A DNA stretch of 64,000 nucleotides. It comes from Planctomycetota bacterium (GTDB taxonomy: Bacteria > Planctomycetota > J058). The number at the start of each line of letters is the position of its first letter. Position 1 is the first letter of the stretch. A program made the translations under genes and the position numbers. The stretch is from positions 3,309 through 67,308 of the forward strand of contig JANJTH010000829.1 in NCBI GenBank assembly GCA_024711205.1, in the 5' to 3' direction. The notes under the pieces are model-generated. The model saw only the letters and a list, made by a program, of their open reading frames with translations, ran no database searches and was not told the DNA's origin. Shown here piece after piece: positions 19,901 through 28,600 of this stretch.

Positions 19901-20179
19901 GCGGGCGCCGAGGTCCAGCGGCCGCTCGCCACGGTCGTGATCGGCGGCCTGTTCACATCGACGCTGCTGACGCTCCTCGTCCTGCCGTCGCTCGCCTCCG
20001 GCATGTCGCCGGACGGGTTGCCTTCGTCGGCGGTTCCCGCCCCAACTCACGAGCCGACGTCCCCGCCGGGAGAACCGAGCCACTCGGTCTCCCCGGCGTC
20101 CCCACCGGATTCCGCGGCTCCGTCGAGCCACCAAGACCCGCCCGCGGGGGAGTCATCCGCGGCCAAGGAGGATCTGTGA
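16961..20179 (+). CDS. czcA: Heavy-metal efflux RND transporter (CzcA family)
   Basis: 'MISGIVDASLNNRLLVLIGWLLVAVVGFGS...' 1072 aa. ATG lies 12 nt after the czcB stop, in frame with the longer track ORF. C-terminal tail is Pro/Ser-rich. Confidence 0.95.
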   Translation: MISGIVDASLNNRLLVLIGWLLVAVVGFGSLQSLPIDAVPDVTNVQVQVLTNSPGLAPEEVERFITFPVELSMSGLPALEEVRSVSKFGLSAVTVVFEEGTDIYWARQLIAERLVAAKEEIPEGYGEPEMGPISSGLGEVYQFEVRGEGKTPMELRTMLEWQITPRLRSVPGVVEVNAFGGELKSYQVTIDPNRLVSFGIPLSRVFEAIERNNRSVGGGYIEHEGEQYLVRGECLVESLPDLARVVVGKDDEGTPITIERLGKVELAPVIRQGAVTRDGDREAVVGIVMMLMGANSRTVSRDVHAKVEEIQRTLPEGVKIDTFYDRTELVDRTIHTVGKNLLEGGALVVLVLLLLLGNIRGGLIVAAAIPLSMLIAATAMRLAGLSGNLMSLGAIDFGLIVDGSVVMIENVVRYLAHHKDDRRPHMEKVRAACHEVARPVVFAVGIIAIVYLPILALRGIEGKMFKPMALTVVFALAGSLVCALTLMPVLASFALKRVAEHEPLLFRLAKRAYVPFLERTLRHPRLTPLIAVLAFIASLCLAPFLGAEFIPRLDEGAIALQIWRIPSISLEKSNQLSLDAEKVIKSFPEVKTVVSRTGRPEIATDPMGVEISDTYLILEPPDTWRFHDKNALVKEIDTALKARLPGVMFSYSQPIELRVSELISGVRSDVGIKVYGDDINGMKKVADQVAAVVGRVPGVVEAKAEQTTGLPYLRVRLRREALARLGIDAQDVLDVVETIGGKPVSTVVEGQQRFALQARFDPATRATLQALANLPVATPGGGMVPLGQLAELDVENGPAQISRERVSRRITIELNVRGRDLASTVAEAQAAVLRDVKLPPGWSVEWGGQFQNLQSASARLRILVPLALLLIFVLLYTTFNSMKLAALIFLNVPLAVTGGIFALALRGYPFSISAGVGFIALFGVAVLNGVVLLSYVVQRWADGLRGEEAAREAALARLRPVLMTALVASLGFVPMALATSAGAEVQRPLATVVIGGLFTSTLLTLLVLPSLASGMSPDGLPSSAVPAPTHEPTSPPGEPSHSVSPASPPDSAAPSSHQDPPAGESSAAKEDL

Positions 20180-20409
20180 AGCGTTTCGCCCCTCTCGTCG
20201 CACTCCTGCTGCTCGCTGGCCTCGTCGGGTGCCCTGGTAGCTCGGGCACGTCCAGCGCGCCTGCTCCTGCCGACACGCACAAGGAGGGCGATGGCCACGA
20301 CCACGGCAAGGCGGAGCCTGGCCACAAGGACGGCGACGGCCACGACCATGGCAAGGCGGAGCCTGGCCACAAGGACGGCGACGGCCATGACCACGGTGCG
20401 AAGCACTAG
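20176..20409 (+). CDS. Small His-rich lipoprotein built from 15-aa 'GDGHDHGKAEPGHKD' tandem repeats
   Basis: Lipobox 'LLLAGLVGCPG'. About 2.5 copies of a 45-nt repeat. Start overlaps the czcA stop by 4 nt, suggesting translational coupling. Confidence 0.7.
   Translation: MKRFAPLVALLLLAGLVGCPGSSGTSSAPAPADTHKEGDGHDHGKAEPGHKDGDGHDHGKAEPGHKDGDGHDHGAKH
20287..20400 (+). repeat. 45-bp tandem repeat (~2.5 copies) encoding GDGHDHGKAEPGHKD
   Basis: Unit ggcga(t/c)ggccacgaccacggcaaggcggagcctggccacaaggac at 20287-20331 and 20332-20376, then a partial third copy. Confidence 0.85.
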
Positions 20410-20429
20410 TTGATGCGATGAGGTCGTGC

Positions 20430-20452
20430 CGTCGGCGGCCGCGCCGCCGACG
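20430..20452 (+). terminator. GC-rich hairpin downstream of the czcCBA/lipoprotein operon (putative intrinsic terminator; no U-tract)
   Basis: cgtcggcgg-ccgcg-ccgccgacg is a perfect 9-bp stem. It lies 20 nt after the stop at 20409. Confidence 0.4.
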
Positions 20453-20726
20453 CGCGTCACCTCAGCGCCGCGCCGCTCGCTTCGTCCCGATGACGTTCGT
20501 GGGCTGAACACCCACACGAGCTGCCCTGCCGTCGCACGTCCCGGCACGCCTGCCCGAGGTGCGCGAGCTGCCCATCCATGTACGCCCGGTCGCGGAGCGG
20601 CCGCGGCACCGGTCGTTCCACGCCCCGGCGGCCCGCGACGAGCCGCGACGGGCTGGTTGCGTTCAAGCGAGCTCGCCGATCGTCCTCGTGGGACGTCGGC
20701 GACGGAGCACAACACGGAGGTCCCCC

Positions 20727-22664
20727 GTGAACACCTCGAACGAGAGACCGTACTCCGCGGTGCGGCTGGTCACGCTCTTCTTTCTGGTCGCGTGGGGCGC
20801 GGTGCTGTTGAACGCCGGTCGCCTGCTGACCATGGTCGACGTCGAGGGTCCGCTGGCATGGGCGTGGGCGCTGGCGACCATCGTCACGTACGCCGCGACC
20901 TACCTCCTCCCCGTCGCCCTCCCGGCGCTCGGCATCGCGCTGCTCCTCGATCGCCGCGCCCCCGAGGCGAAGGGAGCGCGCGTGGTGGTCCTGTGCGGCG
21001 CAGCGATCCTCGTCGGCGCGATCCAGGTCGTGCTCTTCGCCGACGTGCTGATCTTCAGCGGGCACGGCTTCCACCTGAACGCCTTCGTGTGGAACATCCT
21101 TCGCACCCCGGGCGGTGTCGCGTCGCTCGGAGGCGGAGCCGCGACGGAGGCCGCCGCCGCGGCGATCTCCGTCGTGCTCCTGCTGCTCCACCTGGCCTTG
21201 GCTGGGCTGGTGTGGTTCGCGGTCAGGCGTCGGCCCACGGTTCTCGCGGCCGTCACCCTTCGGCGCGCCGGGGTGGTGCTCGTCGCCCTCGTCGTCCTGG
21301 GCCTGGCCGAACGCGTCGTGTACGGAGTGGCTGACCTGCGCGGGTACGAGCCGCTGACGTCGCTGCGCGGCCTCGTGCCGTTCTACAAGCCGATGACCAT
21401 GCGCGTCCTCGGACGAGCGCTCGGTCTCGAGGCCCCACGTCCACCGAGCCTGCGCGTCGGGAACCGCGAGCTGACGTATCCCCGCCGGCCCCTCGCCTTC
21501 GTCCCGACGCCGCCTCGGCACAACGTCGTGTGGCTCGTCGGGGAGTCCCTCCGCGCCGACATGATCGACCCGGAGATCATGCCCAACACCCACGCCTTCG
21601 CCCGGCGCGCCCAGTGGTTCCGCAACCACCAGAGCGGCGGCAACGGGACCCGGATGGGGATGTTCAGCATGTTCTATGGCCTGTACGGGGCCTACTGGTT
21701 CCCGTTCAAGGCAGCTCGCCGGCAGCCGCTCATCGTCGAGGAGGTGCTCGGCCGCGGCTACCGCGTCGAGGCCAGGACGAGCGCGCTGTTCAGCTACCCG
21801 GAGTTCGACGAGACGATCTGGGCCCAGTTCCCGCGCGAGCACATGCACACGCTGGAGAAGGAGGTCGCCACCGGCTGGGATCGCGACGCGGAGCACGTCA
21901 GGCGCATGCTCGAGTTCATCGACCAGGACCCCTCCAGGCCCTTCTTCACCTTCATGTTCTTCGAGTCCACGCACGCCGCGTACGGCTTCCCGCCCGAGAC
22001 GGCGATCCGAGAGCCCTACGCCGAGGACATCAACTACGCCACGATGGACATGAACGCCAACGCGGAGCCCATCAAGGCGCGCTACATCAACGCCGCTCAC
22101 TGGCTCGACATCGTGCTCGGGAGGCTCTTCGACCACCTGAAGGAGCGTGGCCTCCTCGACCGGACGATCGTCGTCGTGACGGGGGACCACGGCGAGGAGT
22201 TCTTCGAGCACGGCCGCTGGGGCCACAACTCGACGTTCTCGAAGGAGCAGATCTCGCCGCCCCTGATCCTGTGGCTCCCGGGCGCCGCACCCGCCGAGCG
22301 TCTCGACTTGTCGAGCCATCTCGACATCGCGCCCACCGTGCTGCGCGCGCTGGGGGCCAAGAACCCAACCGAGGACTTCTCGCTCGGCCTCGACCTGATG
22401 GGTCCCACGCGACGTCGCTTCAACGTGGTCTGCGACTGGTACGCGGTCGTCTACTCCGACGAGCACGACCGTGCGGTGTTCCAGCTCGACGGCATCGGAC
22501 GGCCGGACGTCTTCCACGACGACCAACCAGTCGCCGACCCTGGTCCGTTCCTCTCGACGCATCGAGACGATGTGTTTCAGATCATGAAAGACCTGCGCGT
22601 CTTCAACGACCCACGCCGTTCGCATCCGCCTCAGCCCATGGACCGCGAGAAGAAGGCCGAGTGA
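20727..22664 (+). CDS. Inner-membrane sulfatase-family protein, YejM/LapC(PbgA)-like: N-terminal multi-TM domain plus periplasmic sulfatase-like domain
   Basis: GTG start with a GGAGG ribosome-binding site 6 nt upstream. Five N-terminal TM helices. 'WLVGESLRADM', 'VVTGDHGEEF' and 'GRWGHNS' are sulfatase/alkaline-phosphatase superfamily motifs. Confidence 0.7.
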   Translation: MNTSNERPYSAVRLVTLFFLVAWGAVLLNAGRLLTMVDVEGPLAWAWALATIVTYAATYLLPVALPALGIALLLDRRAPEAKGARVVVLCGAAILVGAIQVVLFADVLIFSGHGFHLNAFVWNILRTPGGVASLGGGAATEAAAAAISVVLLLLHLALAGLVWFAVRRRPTVLAAVTLRRAGVVLVALVVLGLAERVVYGVADLRGYEPLTSLRGLVPFYKPMTMRVLGRALGLEAPRPPSLRVGNRELTYPRRPLAFVPTPPRHNVVWLVGESLRADMIDPEIMPNTHAFARRAQWFRNHQSGGNGTRMGMFSMFYGLYGAYWFPFKAARRQPLIVEEVLGRGYRVEARTSALFSYPEFDETIWAQFPREHMHTLEKEVATGWDRDAEHVRRMLEFIDQDPSRPFFTFMFFESTHAAYGFPPETAIREPYAEDINYATMDMNANAEPIKARYINAAHWLDIVLGRLFDHLKERGLLDRTIVVVTGDHGEEFFEHGRWGHNSTFSKEQISPPLILWLPGAAPAERLDLSSHLDIAPTVLRALGAKNPTEDFSLGLDLMGPTRRRFNVVCDWYAVVYSDEHDRAVFQLDGIGRPDVFHDDQPVADPGPFLSTHRDDVFQIMKDLRVFNDPRRSHPPQPMDREKKAE

Positions 22665-22668
22665 CCAC

Positions 22669-24846
22669 ATGACCACCCTTCGCTTCCGCATGCGCGGCAT
22701 GGACTGCGCCGAGGAGACCGCCGCCCTCCGCGATGAGGTCGGCCCCGTCGTCGGCGGCGCAGACCGGCTCGCCTTCGACGTGCTCGAGGGCATCATGACG
22801 GTGCGCATCGAGCCCGGCGCGCCGGTCACGGTGGAGTCGATCCTGGCGGCGGTCCAGAAGGCCGGCCTCGGCGCGACCCAGCTCTCCGACACGGCGGCGT
22901 CCGCACCCGACGAGGCGAGCCGGAACGGGCCCACGATCGCTGCAGCCGCGAGCGTGGGCCTGACGATCGCGGGCTTCGGCGCGCACGCGGTGGTCGCCGG
23001 AGACATGGCGGCGGCCTTCGGCTCCGAGGGCATGGGGACGGCCCACGCGGTCCCCATGCTCGCCCGGGCCGTCTACCTGGTCGCGATCCTGGTCGGCGCC
23101 TCGCACGTCGTGCCCAAGGCGCTCGGCGCCCTCCGTCGCCTGCGGCCGGACATGAACCTCCTCATGACCCTCGCGGTCCTCGGCGCGATCGTCCTCGGCG
23201 AGTGGCTCGAGGCCTCGGTCGTCAGCGCCCTCTTCGCGCTCTCGCTTGCGCTCGAGGCCTGGAGCGTCGGACGAGCGCGACGCGCGATCCGCGCGCTCAT
23301 GGACCTGAGCCCCCCGCAGGCGACCGTGCTCCGCGAGGGAGGAGCGGAGGAGTCCGTGGTCCCCACGGCCGTCGAGGTCGGAGACCGGGTCCTCGTTCGT
23401 CCCGCGGAGCGCATCCCCGTCGATGGCGAGGTGCTCGTCGGCACGAGCGCCGTGAACCAGGCGCCGATCACCGGCGAGAGCGTGCCCGTGCTGAAGGAGC
23501 CGGGCGCCGAGGTGTTCGCCGGCACGATCAACGGCGACGGCGTGCTCGAGGTGAAGTGCACCCGCGTCGCGAGCGACTCGACGCTCGCCAGGATCGTGCG
23601 CATGGTCGGCGAGGCCCAGTCGCGCCGGAGCCCGTCCGAGCGCTGGGTCGAGAAGTTCGCCCAGGTCTACACTCCTGTCGTCCTCGCGGCGGCGCTCCTA
23701 CTCGCCGTGGGCCCGCCGCTCGTCCTGGGGGCGCCATGGTCGGATTGGGTCTACCGCGGGCTCGTGCTGCTCGTGATCGGGTGTCCGTGCGCGCTCGTGA
23801 TCTCCACGCCCGTCAGCGTCGTCGCGGCGCTCGCCGCGGCCGCGAGCAACGGCGTCCTGGTCAAGGGCGGCGAGCACATCGAGACGCCGGCGAAGCTCGA
23901 GGCGATCGCCCTCGACAAGACGGGGACGATCACCGAGGGACGCCCCGAGGTCACATCGATCGAGGCCGTCACGGGCCACGACGAGCGCGAAGTCCTCGAG
24001 CTCGCCGCCGCGCTCGAGAGCCGCAGCGACCATCCTCTTGCCCAGGCGATCGTCCGGCATGCCAAGGAGCGCAACGTCGTTGTCGCCGCCGCCACCGACG
24101 TGAAGGCCATCCAGGGCAAGGGGCTCAGCGGCGCGGTCGACGGCCGGACCCACTGGCTCGGCTCGCACCGCTATCTGGAGGAGCGCAAGCAGGAGACGCC
24201 GGAGGTCCACGCGAAGCTGGAGGCGCTCTCGGCCGACGGCCACACGGTGGTCGTCGTGGGGACCGACGACCACGTGTGCGGCTTCGTGGCCATGGCCGAC
24301 CGTGTCCGCCCCGAGTCCGTCGCGGCCCTCAAGGCGTTGCGCGAGGCCGGCATCAAGCACCTGGTGCTCCTCACGGGCGACAACGCCGGGACGGCCCGCG
24401 CCGTCGCCAAGGTCGCGACGCTCGACGAGGTCCACGCCGAGCTCATGCCGGCCGACAAGGTGACCGCGATCGAGGGCCTCGTCGCGAAGTACGGCTTCGT
24501 GGCCATGGTGGGGGACGGGGTCAACGACGCCCCGGCGCTGGCCCGCGCCTCGCTCGGCATCGCGATGGGTGCGGCCGGCAGCGATGCCGCGATCGAGACC
24601 GCCGACGTGGCGCTCATGTCCGACGACCTCTCGAAGCTGCCCTGGCTGATCCACCACTCGCGTCGGACCGTCCGCACCATCCGCCAGAACGTCGTGTTTG
24701 CTCTGGGGGTCAAGGGCCTGTTCGTCGCCCTCACCCTCGCCGGCGTCGCGACCCTGTGGCTCGCGATCGCCGCCGACATGGGCGCGTCGCTGCTCGTGAT
24801 CGCCAACGGCCTCCGGCTCCTGCGTCGTGCGCATCCTGGTTCTTGA
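22669..24846 (+). CDS. Heavy-metal translocating P1B-type ATPase (Zn/Cd/Pb-type)
   Basis: N-terminal HMA-like 'RMRGMDCAEE' (a single Cys). 'CPC' in 'IGCPCALVIS'. 'DKTGTIT' phosphorylation site. '[10 protein letters not shown]' hinge. 'HP' motif in 'SDHPLA'. Confidence 0.95.
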   Translation: MTTLRFRMRGMDCAEETAALRDEVGPVVGGADRLAFDVLEGIMTVRIEPGAPVTVESILAAVQKAGLGATQLSDTAASAPDEASRNGPTIAAAASVGLTIAGFGAHAVVAGDMAAAFGSEGMGTAHAVPMLARAVYLVAILVGASHVVPKALGALRRLRPDMNLLMTLAVLGAIVLGEWLEASVVSALFALSLALEAWSVGRARRAIRALMDLSPPQATVLREGGAEESVVPTAVEVGDRVLVRPAERIPVDGEVLVGTSAVNQAPITGESVPVLKEPGAEVFAGTINGDGVLEVKCTRVASDSTLARIVRMVGEAQSRRSPSERWVEKFAQVYTPVVLAAALLLAVGPPLVLGAPWSDWVYRGLVLLVIGCPCALVISTPVSVVAALAAAASNGVLVKGGEHIETPAKLEAIALDKTGTITEGRPEVTSIEAVTGHDEREVLELAAALESRSDHPLAQAIVRHAKERNVVVAAATDVKAIQGKGLSGAVDGRTHWLGSHRYLEERKQETPEVHAKLEALSADGHTVVVVGTDDHVCGFVAMADRVRPESVAALKALREAGIKHLVLLTGDNAGTARAVAKVATLDEVHAELMPADKVTAIEGLVAKYGFVAMVGDGVNDAPALARASLGIAMGAAGSDAAIETADVALMSDDLSKLPWLIHHSRRTVRTIRQNVVFALGVKGLFVALTLAGVATLWLAIAADMGASLLVIANGLRLLRRAHPGS

Positions 24847-25558
24847 GGACGACCCGAGGGTCGCTCGGTTCCTTCAGCGAGGCCTGGAGGCCGAGCGTCA
24901 CATCGTGGACGTGCTCCGGACCCGTACGGACGCGCTCCAGCGCGTCACGAGCGGGGCCTTCGACCTCTTGATCCTGGACCTCGGGCTCTTTGGCCTCGAC
25001 GCGCATGACGTCCTGCAGGATCTGCGCCGCGACGGCGCCTCGGCTGGGATCATCGCGCTGGCCGGCAAGGACGCCCAGGAGGACCGAATCCGCGCCCTGG
25101 AAGTGGGCGCAGACGACTGCCTCCTGAGGCCGTTCAGCTTCGCGGAGCTCGTGGCCAGGATCCGAGCGCTCCAGCGCAGGCTCACGCACTCGTTCGAGCC
25201 GACGCTCCGGGCTGGCGACCTCGTGCTCGACCTCGTTCGACATCGAGTGACGGTGGCGGACCGACCGATCGAGCTGACGCCACGCGAGTACCAGCTTCTG
25301 AACTGCTTCGTTCGGCACCAGGGCGAGATCCTCAGTCGGCCTGTGCTGGCGGATCGCGTGTGGGGGATCGACTTCGACACCGGCACGAACGTCATCGATG
25401 TCTACGTGAACTGCCTGCGGAGGAAGCTGGCAGCCTCCCGGTGCCATTGCACGATCCAGACCGTGCGAGGCGTCGGCTACGCGTTCATGCCCGGATCCTC
25501 GCAGCCAGGGCAAGGTGTCGACCATGTTCGTCATCGCGGCCGACCTGAGAGAGATTGA
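24827..25558 (+). CDS. OmpR-family response regulator (CusR/CzcR-like), no cognate kinase in window
   Basis: GTG start 20 nt inside the ATPase 3' end. 'VRILVLEDDPRVARFL...LLILDLGL' receiver domain. Winged-helix C-terminus 'LTPREYQLL...VRGVGY'. Confidence 0.85.
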   Translation: MRILVLEDDPRVARFLQRGLEAERHIVDVLRTRTDALQRVTSGAFDLLILDLGLFGLDAHDVLQDLRRDGASAGIIALAGKDAQEDRIRALEVGADDCLLRPFSFAELVARIRALQRRLTHSFEPTLRAGDLVLDLVRHRVTVADRPIELTPREYQLLNCFVRHQGEILSRPVLADRVWGIDFDTGTNVIDVYVNCLRRKLAASRCHCTIQTVRGVGYAFMPGSSQPGQGVDHVRHRGRPERD

Positions 25559-25580
25559 CCCGCGACGGAGCTGACAGGAC

Positions 25581-25859
25581 ATGACCCCCACGCTGACCTT
25601 CGCCGCGCTCCTCGTCGTTCAGACCCTGCATCTCCTCCATCACCGACTGGCGAAGCGACACATCAGCTACGTCGAGGTCGGGGCGAGCGCCGCCCTGTGC
25701 ATCCCGCTCGACGCGCTCCCGGCCGCCCTGCTGTGCTCGATCCACCTGCTCTTCGCCGGCGTCCAGGTCGTCGGAAGCGTGTGGATCAAGCGGCTCTCAC
25801 CGGACTGGGCCAGCGCGAACGAGCAGGCCGCGGGGGCGAGGGGTCATGAAGGACGATAG
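25581..25859 (+). CDS. Small hypothetical membrane protein
   Basis: 92 aa with two or three hydrophobic helices. Confidence 0.3.
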   Translation: MTPTLTFAALLVVQTLHLLHHRLAKRHISYVEVGASAALCIPLDALPAALLCSIHLLFAGVQVVGSVWIKRLSPDWASANEQAAGARGHEGR

Positions 25860-26317
25860 AGCGGCTTCATCCTCTTCAACCACTCGTCGAGCTCCTCGTC
25901 GGAGGGGATGTGGTCGAGCGCAGGAGGCTGCGGTTCCCGAGGCCCCTCCGGAAAGACCGTCAAGGGTCCGTCGGCGGAGACGACGATGACGAGGCAGTCT
26001 GGATCGGCACGTGAGAACCGCATCGCCGAGTTGAACCGGGCTCCTCTGGCGAGGTCCTCCGTTCCAGACGCTGCTCCGTCGAGGAGGCAGTCGAAACCTC
26101 GGACGATGCATGCCGTCGACGAGCCCTTCCCAGAGGACGTGCAGCTCCATCTCGTAAGGCTCGCCCACGGCGCCTCCTGAGTGACTTTGGTCGCTGCCGC
26201 GGCCCGAGCGGAGCGGACCCAGACGACGCCATCCTCGCCACTGGATCTGACAGACGCCAAACTTCGGGAATCACGTCAGGGGTTGTGGCGTTCCCCATGA
26301 CCAGGTAGGTTCCAGCC

Positions 26318-26746
26318 GTGTCCCGCTTCAAGGTCATGCTCATCGCAGCGGCGCTCCTCCATCTTCTGATGGGGAGCGGCCTGTTGGTCCAGTGCGAACG
26401 GACCGACGGGCACAAGGGCGTCGAGCTCGGCCTGGTCGACTGCGAATGCTGCGGCCCCCCGACGTGCGCGGATCACGTCGCCTGCGGCGAGCAGACGAGC
26501 ACCGAGGCGGGGGCTGATGAGGCCTCGCAGAGCCTCTCGAAGTCCGAGGGTTGCGCCTGCGGCGACCATCCGTTGAGCGTGCTGGCTGCGAAGCCGGCGC
26601 GAGAGGGCGCACCGTCCCCGGCCGTCCTCCTCGAAGTCTCCGAGCCGATCGTGATGGAGCTCCCGCTGCTGGCGGTCGAGCTCTGGTTCCAGGCCGAGAT
26701 CCCGCGACCCCGGCCGCCTCGTTCGACCACCGTCTTCCGGTCCTAG
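26318..26746 (+). CDS. Small secreted Cys-rich protein upstream of an MFP-RND operon
   Basis: Hydrophobic N-terminus 'MLIAAALLHLLMGSGLLVQC'. Contains 'LVDCECCGPPTCADHVACGEQ' and 'EGCACGDHP'. Looks like the ORF at 50164. Confidence 0.4.
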   Translation: MSRFKVMLIAAALLHLLMGSGLLVQCERTDGHKGVELGLVDCECCGPPTCADHVACGEQTSTEAGADEASQSLSKSEGCACGDHPLSVLAAKPAREGAPSPAVLLEVSEPIVMELPLLAVELWFQAEIPRPRPPRSTTVFRS

Positions 26747-26824
26747 GGATCGACGACCGCTGATGCGGCGTGCCGCCCGGCACCGCCGTCGCAGGTTCGT
26801 TCGTTTCCCTACCCGGAGGACATC

Positions 26825-28600
26825 GTGACTGCTGAGCCCGCCCCGTCCCGTCGCACCCCCATCCAGAAGAAGACCGTCGCGCTCGGCGGCGTGCTCGTCG
26901 TCCTCCTCGCCGGCGTGGGCTGGCGAGTGGTCCACATGCAGCAAGGCGGGACCGCCGCAGGCGAGACGCCTGCACCAGCGCCCCCGGCTCCGTCCGGCAC
27001 TTGCGAGCACACGATCGCCCGCGCCGACTGCCCGTTCTGCACACCTTCGCTGATCGAGTCGAAGGGCTGGTGCGGCGGACACAACGTGCCCGAGGCGTTG
27101 TGCACGCGCTGCAACAAGGCCGTGATCCCCGCCTTCAAAGCCAAGGGCGACTGGTGCGGCGGTCATGACCTCCCGGAGTCGCAGTGCCTCAAGTGCAACC
27201 CGGACCTGGCCACCAAGGCCGCGGCCCCGCCCACACAGACAGCCACTGACTGGTGCAAGGAGCACGGGCTGCCGGAGTCGGACTGCTTCCTGTGCAGCCC
27301 GGACCTCGTCGAGAAGCGGGGCATGTGCTCCGAGCACGGCCTGCCGAACGCCCTGTGCACGACGTGCAAGCCCGCCCTCATCCCGGCCTTCAAGGCCGGC
27401 AACGACTGGTGCGAGGAGCACGCCGTCCCCGAGTCCCAGTGCGTGACCTGCAATCCGGCCCTCTCGCGGTCGGCGGAGCCCGAGCTCCCGCCGGGTCCGG
27501 GGGTCGTGAACCGGCTGCATCGCGCACCGGCGGTCCGCTGCATGACCCACCTGCGCCGCATCCAGCTCCAGCCAGGCGTCGAGCGCGAGGTCGGGATCGA
27601 GACCGTCGAGGTCCAGCGCGCGCCGTTCAAGGACGTCCTCGCCTGCAACGCGGAGACGATCCACGCCGCCGATCGCTACGCCCACCTCTCGTCGCGCGTG
27701 GCCGGCGTCGTCCGCGAGGTCCGGACCGACCTCGGTCGGACCGTGAAGCAGGGCGACGTCCTGGTGGTCGTCGACACGCCCGAGCTGCGCGACGCCAAGG
27801 CCGAGTACGCGCAGGCCGTCGAGCTCGCCGCGCTCTGGGAGCGAAATCACGCACGCGAGGTCGAGCTCTCCGGAGGCGGGCTCGCGACGCGGCGACAGCT
27901 CGTGGAGGCGGACACCCGGCGCGTCGAGACGAAGGCCGCGCTCGCGCGCTCCACGCAGCGTCTGCTCGGCCTTGGGCTCGACCCCACCGAGCTGGACCGA
28001 GACGACGGGCTCGCGATCCGCGCGCCCTTCGACGGGACGATCGTCAAGCGGGACGTGGTCCAGGGCGAGGTCGTGGCGCCTGGCGAGTCGCTCCTCGCCC
28101 TCGCCGACACCAGGACCGTGTGGGCCATGATCGACGTGCGCGAGGACGACGTCGCGCGCGTCCACTCCGGCCAGGCGCTGGTGCTCCAGGTCGACGCCCT
28201 CCGCGGCGAGGCGTTCGCGGGAGAGATCACGTGGGTCGACGGCGAGGTCGACCGCCGCACGCGCACCGTGAAGGCGCGCGCGGTGATCGACAACGCGGCC
28301 GGGCTCCTGCGCGCGAACCTCTTCGGCAAGGCCGTGGTCACCCTCGCCGACCGCTCGAACGCCCTCGTGGTCCCGCGCGACGCCGTGCAGTGGGAGGGCT
28401 GCTGCAACCTCGTCTTCGTCCGCCGCGGCGAGGGGACCTACGAACCACGGAAGGTGCGCCTCGGAGGCACGGCCGAACGGCTGGTCGAGGTCGTCGAGGG
28501 TCTGCACGCGGGGGAGCCGATCGCCTCGATCGGGAGCTTCGTCCTCAAGACGGAGATCCTGAAGGGCAGCATCGGCGCCGGCTGCTGCGAGGGCGAGTGA
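26825..28600 (+). CDS. HME-RND membrane fusion protein with an N-terminal array of six Cys3His 'WCxxHxLPExxCxxCNP' repeats
   Basis: GTG start with a GGAGGA ribosome-binding site. One TM helix, then the repeats 'WCGGHNVPEALCTRCN', 'WCGGHDLPESQCLKCNP', 'WCKEHGLPESDCFLCSP', 'CSEHGLPNALCTTCKP', 'WCEEHAVPESQCVTCNP', plus a degenerate first unit. A canonical MFP core follows. Ends 'GAGCCEGE'. Confidence 0.9.
   Translation: MTAEPAPSRRTPIQKKTVALGGVLVVLLAGVGWRVVHMQQGGTAAGETPAPAPPAPSGTCEHTIARADCPFCTPSLIESKGWCGGHNVPEALCTRCNKAVIPAFKAKGDWCGGHDLPESQCLKCNPDLATKAAAPPTQTATDWCKEHGLPESDCFLCSPDLVEKRGMCSEHGLPNALCTTCKPALIPAFKAGNDWCEEHAVPESQCVTCNPALSRSAEPELPPGPGVVNRLHRAPAVRCMTHLRRIQLQPGVEREVGIETVEVQRAPFKDVLACNAETIHAADRYAHLSSRVAGVVREVRTDLGRTVKQGDVLVVVDTPELRDAKAEYAQAVELAALWERNHAREVELSGGGLATRRQLVEADTRRVETKAALARSTQRLLGLGLDPTELDRDDGLAIRAPFDGTIVKRDVVQGEVVAPGESLLALADTRTVWAMIDVREDDVARVHSGQALVLQVDALRGEAFAGEITWVDGEVDRRTRTVKARAVIDNAAGLLRANLFGKAVVTLADRSNALVVPRDAVQWEGCCNLVFVRRGEGTYEPRKVRLGGTAERLVEVVEGLHAGEPIASIGSFVLKTEILKGSIGAGCCEGE

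Noticed and set aside
17567-20134. 855-aa minus-strand ORF antisense to czcA2 (also 17017..18465 plus, out of frame)
   Set aside because: Antisense to a high-confidence RND transporter. Arg/Asp/Gly-rich junk translation.
20457-23057. 866-aa minus-strand ORF spanning the yejM-like gene and the ATPase start
   Set aside because: Antisense to two well-supported genes. Low-complexity sequence.
26276-28507. 743-aa minus-strand ORF antisense to the repeat-containing MFP
   Set aside because: No domain content. The sense strand has strongly patterned Cys repeats and an MFP core.
27253-28596. 5' part of the 1495-aa plus ORF upstream of the RND start
   Set aside because: Out-of-frame overlap with the MFP. 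The RND homology begins only at ~28597. The upstream extension is Arg/Pro-rich.
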